Source of the DNA: an uncultured Chloroflexia bacterium
GTDB taxonomy: Bacteria; Chloroflexota; Dehalococcoidia; GIF9; UBA5629
Assembly (NCBI GenBank): GCA_963705905.1
Contig: OY970123.1
Location: 839,921-903,920 of the forward strand
Reading direction: 5' to 3'
Length of the DNA stretch: 64,000 nucleotides
The notes under the pieces are model-generated. The model made no database searches and was not told where the DNA came from. It saw only the letters and a list, made by a program, of their open reading frames with translations. Every line of letters begins with the position of its first letter. Position 1 is the stretch's first letter. Shown in pieces: positions 59,982-64,000 of the stretch. The translations under genes were made by a program, and so were the position numbers.

Positions 59982-62306
59982 ATGTACTGGCCGAACGACT
60001 GGCGGCTGAGGGATTGCCTGTGGGCCTGCGGAGGGCTGACCCTTCTCCAGATAATTCTGGTCGTCCTGTCACAATTCGGGATTGATATACCCGTAATCCG
60101 CCAAGTCAGCGGATTTCTCTTTCTTACCTTCGTACCGGGAATACTTCTCCTGCGGATATTGGGGATCCGCAATGTTAACGCAGTCGAAAGCGTCGTCTAC
60201 TCGGCAGGGTTGAGCCTGGCACTGCTCATGTTTACCGGCGCAGTAACGAACATCGCCTTTCCTCTCATTGGAATCCGCCAACCCCTCCTGATAATGCCGG
60301 TCACAATCTGCCTGGCTGCTCTCAGCGCAATATTGCTGCTGCTGGCCTGGTTGAGGGAAAGGCGCACAACGCTGCTTGAGTCTCCCATAGCAAGCTTGCG
60401 ACCGGGGCTGCACTCTATTCTTGTCCTGGCACTCATGCTGCTGCTGGTTATACTCGGGGTAAAGGTCAGCGACCTGACGGGAAACAACCTCGTAATCATC
60501 TTCATCCTGTTGTGCATAGCCGCGATTTTCGGCCTGGGCGTTTATAAAAAGTTTTTTAAGCCCCCTATTTATCCTCTGGTAATCTTCATCGTCAGCCTCT
60601 GCCTTTTGTATCAGACTTCCCTGATGACTCCCTACATGGTCGGCACGGACATATATCCCGAATACCAGTTCTTCAGGATAGCAGCCTCCAGCGGCGTCTG
60701 GAACTACGCTATACCCAGCACTATTAATTCGTGCCTCAGCATAGTAATACTGGCGCCCTATTACTCGAGTATGATGGGTATCAGCGGCATATGGGTTTTT
60801 AAGGCCGTGTATCCATTAGTCTTCTCACTCATGCCGCTCGCCATGTACCGTTTTTTCCGTATACAGGTAGGTGAAACCCGTTCATTTATAGCCACCTTCT
60901 TCTTTTTGGCTGTGCCCACCTTCTCTTTAGAGTTGGTCAGCCTGTGCCGCCAACAGGTGGCCGAGCTTTTTATGGCACTGTTAATCCTTCTGCTGGTCGA
61001 CAGGAAAATAGCCGGATGGCCGAAGCTGGCCATGCTGATGCTTTTTTCTGCGGGCCTTGTCGTTTCGCACTACTCGCTCGGGTTTATTGTTTTGATTTAT
61101 ATGGGGCTGTTGCTGGTCTTAATCCTGCTTATGAAGCGCAGTTTTTTTCCGGCGGCATGGGCATGGTTGACCCGGAGGTCCGGCGGCCTGCCCGATTACA
61201 TGAGGAAGCCCGGCTCGGGCAGCCTGCCGCTGATGCTGCTCGCTTCAGTCGCGGTCTTTTACTTTGTTTTCGCCTTCGCCTGGTACGGTCTTACGTCCTC
61301 GGGCATAAATTTCGGTATGCTTGCCTACGAGTGGTCACGCCAGACAGGTTCAGCTATTCAGATGGCAATCAATGCATTTACGCATTTGGGCGGAAACGTC
61401 GCCCTTACTCCCGCTGTGGCGCAATCCGATTCCCTGGTTAAAACAGCCCTGGGCCTGGATTTCTGGCGGGTATCATGGCAGGGAATGGCATTCAGGCTGC
61501 TGCAATATATAACGGAGCTATTCCTCGTGGCAGGATTATTGAGGCTTTTACTCAGGCCCAGGGGGCTTAAGTTCAGGCTTGAGTACATTGCCTTGAGCGT
61601 CACAAGTGTTCTCCTGCTGATCGCCTGTGTACTTTTGCCGTATTTCGCAACGGTTTTCAATGCGTCGCGCTGGTACCATATATTGCTTATTACGCTTGCT
61701 CCTTTTGTCGTGCTGGGCGGGGAAGGCATAGTCCTTTCGGCAATATACTTATGGCGAAAAATAATCGGATCTTTATCAACCGTAAACTGGGAATCGGTTA
61801 GTGTAAAGGCGCTGCCGTTGATAGCTGTTATAGTCTTCATTCCCTACTTCATATTTACATCCGGCATAGTATATGAGGTGACCGGGCAGAAGATTACAGA
61901 CAGGATCGATGACCCGTATTCGCTGGCACTCAGCAACCACCGCCTGAATCTTGCTGGAGTCTTTAACCGGCAGGACGAGGCGGCGGCTGAGTGGCTGTGC
62001 GGAGAGTCAGCCGGCAAACCATTAAACGTATTCACCGATGCCGATTCATATAAAATGCTGCTTTTGCCTGACTGTTTCATGAATTGGAGCTATATCCCGC
62101 TTCAAGGTATGCTGCCAACGGCATCCTACTTATATCTGACTTCCTGGAATACCCAAAAAGACAGCATAGCCTTCTCGCAAACTGGGAAACCGGGGCTGAG
62201 GACCATTCAAAACCTGGCCGATGTTGCCGCAACGGCATACGCCGAGAATCACGGTGACAAAATCTACTTGAACGGCGGTTCCGCAATATTGCTGGGGACT
62301 AAATAA
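59982..62306 (+). CDS. giant polytopic membrane protein (GT-C-like / polymerase-like), hypothetical
   Basis: 774 aa, more than 12 predicted TM helices then a C-terminal soluble domain; start abuts the preceding GT4 stop. Confidence 0.5.
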   Translation: MYWPNDWRLRDCLWACGGLTLLQIILVVLSQFGIDIPVIRQVSGFLFLTFVPGILLLRILGIRNVNAVESVVYSAGLSLALLMFTGAVTNIAFPLIGIRQPLLIMPVTICLAALSAILLLLAWLRERRTTLLESPIASLRPGLHSILVLALMLLLVILGVKVSDLTGNNLVIIFILLCIAAIFGLGVYKKFFKPPIYPLVIFIVSLCLLYQTSLMTPYMVGTDIYPEYQFFRIAASSGVWNYAIPSTINSCLSIVILAPYYSSMMGISGIWVFKAVYPLVFSLMPLAMYRFFRIQVGETRSFIATFFFLAVPTFSLELVSLCRQQVAELFMALLILLLVDRKIAGWPKLAMLMLFSAGLVVSHYSLGFIVLIYMGLLLVLILLMKRSFFPAAWAWLTRRSGGLPDYMRKPGSGSLPLMLLASVAVFYFVFAFAWYGLTSSGINFGMLAYEWSRQTGSAIQMAINAFTHLGGNVALTPAVAQSDSLVKTALGLDFWRVSWQGMAFRLLQYITELFLVAGLLRLLLRPRGLKFRLEYIALSVTSVLLLIACVLLPYFATVFNASRWYHILLITLAPFVVLGGEGIVLSAIYLWRKIIGSLSTVNWESVSVKALPLIAVIVFIPYFIFTSGIVYEVTGQKITDRIDDPYSLALSNHRLNLAGVFNRQDEAAAEWLCGESAGKPLNVFTDADSYKMLLLPDCFMNWSYIPLQGMLPTASYLYLTSWNTQKDSIAFSQTGKPGLRTIQNLADVAATAYAENHGDKIYLNGGSAILLGTK

Positions 62307-62624
62307 ATACTACTTAGCTTAGCCGGGTCCTTAGAGTTTCTCTTGCCTGTCGAATAAAAGCCACATCTCTTCCTGCAAGTTTGAACTTCCTGCATCCAGG
62401 AACAGGAAGCCCGAGTTATCGCACAGTCTGGTATGCTCAAAGTCGATCTACTGCCGCATCCGATGTCTACTATTGCCGCGTCGAGAGGCAATCCCAGCGC
62501 CGTCAGTATTTTTCTTAAAGTCTTTATTCGCGCTTTATGTAATTGACGGCCCAGGAAATTCGGCGCCTAATACTTGTTCCTAATTTCATTCCAGCCGGTC
62601 ACAACCTCGTTATTGCGTGCCATC

Positions 62625-63788
62625 CTAAATTATCCGTGGGCGGCCTGTTCCAAAACGGTCAATACCGAACGCGCTCGTTCTCTGCCATGAGAATAGACGA
62701 GCTCTTTCCAGCCCTTTGCTGCTCATGGTTTCTCGGAGCCCGGGTTCTGAGATTACCCTATACATGGCGCCAGCGATTTCCTGGACGTCATAAGGATTGA
62801 CCAGCAGCCCGGCATCCCCTACAACTTCCGGCAAAGAAGAGGTATTGGAGGTGATAACCGGCGTTCCACAGGCCATCGCTTCCAGCGCAGGAATGCCGAA
62901 CCCTTCATGCAGGGAAGGAAAAACAAACATGTCGGCCCCATTCATCAATGCCGGGACTTCCGTACTCATGATATATCCTGCGAATACGATATCGGAGCTG
63001 AAAGGCGATGACCGTATCCGGGAGAATATATTCTCATCCTGCCAGGCCCTTTTCCCTGCTATCACCAGCTTATGCTTTATGGCAAACTCGGTCTTCAAAT
63101 GCTCGAATGCTTCAATTATCCGCAAAATATTTTTCTTGGCATGCAACATACCCACAAATAGTATATACGGGCTTTGAAGTCCGTACCTGGTCCTCAAACG
63201 GTCTACTTCTTCTTTTTCGATTTCCGGTTTGAATAACCGGTTATCGAAGCCTGGATAAGCCACAGCCACCTTCTCCGGCGCTATTTTAAAATGCGTGATG
63301 ATGTCTTTTTTGGCATCCTCCGAAATCGTGATGACCTTGCGGGCATTTAAGACTGCGTGCCTAGTCTGCCACCTGTACCTTATAAGGAAATGCCGGGGGA
63401 ACATGTTCCCGAAAAGGAGGGGGGTAAGATCATAGACAATGCATACCGGCGGACATTTTTTATAGAACGGAATGTCAAAATCCAGAGATAAAAACACATC
63501 GGGTTTCATCGCTGCCAGCAGACAGCTAAAGCCGCTGTAATACCAGGCATACCAAACTATCCACTCACATATTATGGGCAGGCGCTGAATTAAGCCGGGC
63601 AGAGGCTTGACCTTGAATTTGCCACCCGTAACCAGGCTATCATCCGGGCGAAATGTAAAGACTGTATAGCTGTTCGAGTCATCGAGCTTTTGCAGCGCGC
63701 TCAGTAAGTTGGCCGCGTATGTAGCAATGCCGGCTTTTTCCTGCTCGTTAGCCACGCTTGCATCAATTGCAATGTGAATACTATTCAA
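62625..63788 (-). CDS. family 4 glycosyltransferase
   Basis: [21 protein letters not shown] motif; 387 aa. Confidence 0.8.
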   Translation of the reverse strand: MNSIHIAIDASVANEQEKAGIATYAANLLSALQKLDDSNSYTVFTFRPDDSLVTGGKFKVKPLPGLIQRLPIICEWIVWYAWYYSGFSCLLAAMKPDVFLSLDFDIPFYKKCPPVCIVYDLTPLLFGNMFPRHFLIRYRWQTRHAVLNARKVITISEDAKKDIITHFKIAPEKVAVAYPGFDNRLFKPEIEKEEVDRLRTRYGLQSPYILFVGMLHAKKNILRIIEAFEHLKTEFAIKHKLVIAGKRAWQDENIFSRIRSSPFSSDIVFAGYIMSTEVPALMNGADMFVFPSLHEGFGIPALEAMACGTPVITSNTSSLPEVVGDAGLLVNPYDVQEIAGAMYRVISEPGLRETMSSKGLERARLFSWQRTSAFGIDRFGTGRPRII

Positions 63789-64000
63789 TGTCTGTTAATC
63801 CCCGGTATGAATATGAAATTGCGCACATACATGGGAGACTCGAGTTCATTGAAGTACGGCAACTGGTCCATCTCGTAAGAAAAATCAGCGTACGGGCGCA
63901 ATTTTCTGCCGCTGCGGAAAAAGGCGTTATATCCGTACGATCTTAGCAGCTCGAACACATTATCCATAGGAAAACTCAAGTGCCTCTGTTCGATCTCAAT
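63785..64000 (-). CDS. C-terminal part of a gene running off the window end, hypothetical
   Basis: Open frame to the window edge; 4-nt overlap with the downstream GT4 gene. Confidence 0.3.
   Translation of the reverse strand: MEIEQRHLSFPMDNVFELLRSYGYNAFFRSGRKLRPYADFSYEMDQLPYFNELESPMYVRNFIFIPGINRH

Overview
This 64-kb window reads as a bacterial chromosomal segment of about 57% GC, with Shine-Dalgarno sites, bacterial housekeeping genes (surE, queA, glmS, pyrD, argC) and anaerobe-type metabolism. The core genes are catalase-peroxidase katG, a glycyl radical enzyme, an hdrA-hdrC-hdrB / hydrogenase-maturation-protease / folD / fhs cluster for the Wood-Ljungdahl methyl branch, a group of acyl-CoA beta-oxidation-type enzymes, two tRNAs (Ala-CGC and Glu-TTC), and a polysaccharide-biosynthesis cluster of GT2/GT4 glycosyltransferases, an extended-SDR epimerase/dehydratase and a giant polytopic membrane protein from 55.7 kb to the window end. 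Several AT-rich accessory insertions sit on this backbone. (1) About 16.7-23.4 kb is an islet ending at tRNA-Glu. It has a degenerate copy of the tRNA 3-prime end 6.7 kb away and two decayed integrase 3-prime fragments. It carries the most interesting locus of the window: a split ABC-type ATPase (AAA_21/OLD/AbiL-like), a translationally coupled Toprim-like (DUF4276-type) partner and a TIR-domain protein with an unassignable N-terminal domain. (2) About 45.9-48.9 kb is a 3-kb AT-rich insertion bounded by 36-38-bp direct repeats, encoding a DUF3800 protein and two DUF4145 (HEPN-like Rx4H) proteins. (3) A 3.3-kb cassette (condensation/WS-DGAT-like acyltransferase, DUF2089, DUF4097) is bounded by a 60-bp direct duplication of the fhs 3-prime end. 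(4) An IS-like element (53.2-55.7 kb) with 36-39-bp terminal inverted repeats carries an IS6-like zinc-ribbon transposase, a small membrane protein and a GIY-YIG-like protein, and is inserted into a cluster of structured ~100-bp repeats downstream of glmS. A large FHA-domain membrane protein has VNTR-like 63-bp tandem repeats. At least four conserved genes (acyl-CoA dehydrogenase, argC, thiolase, DUF3800) carry frameshifts inside homopolymer runs, which points to sequencing indels rather than pseudogenes, and one alpha/beta hydrolase has an in-frame TAG. All domain calls are from motif recognition by eye; no searches were run.
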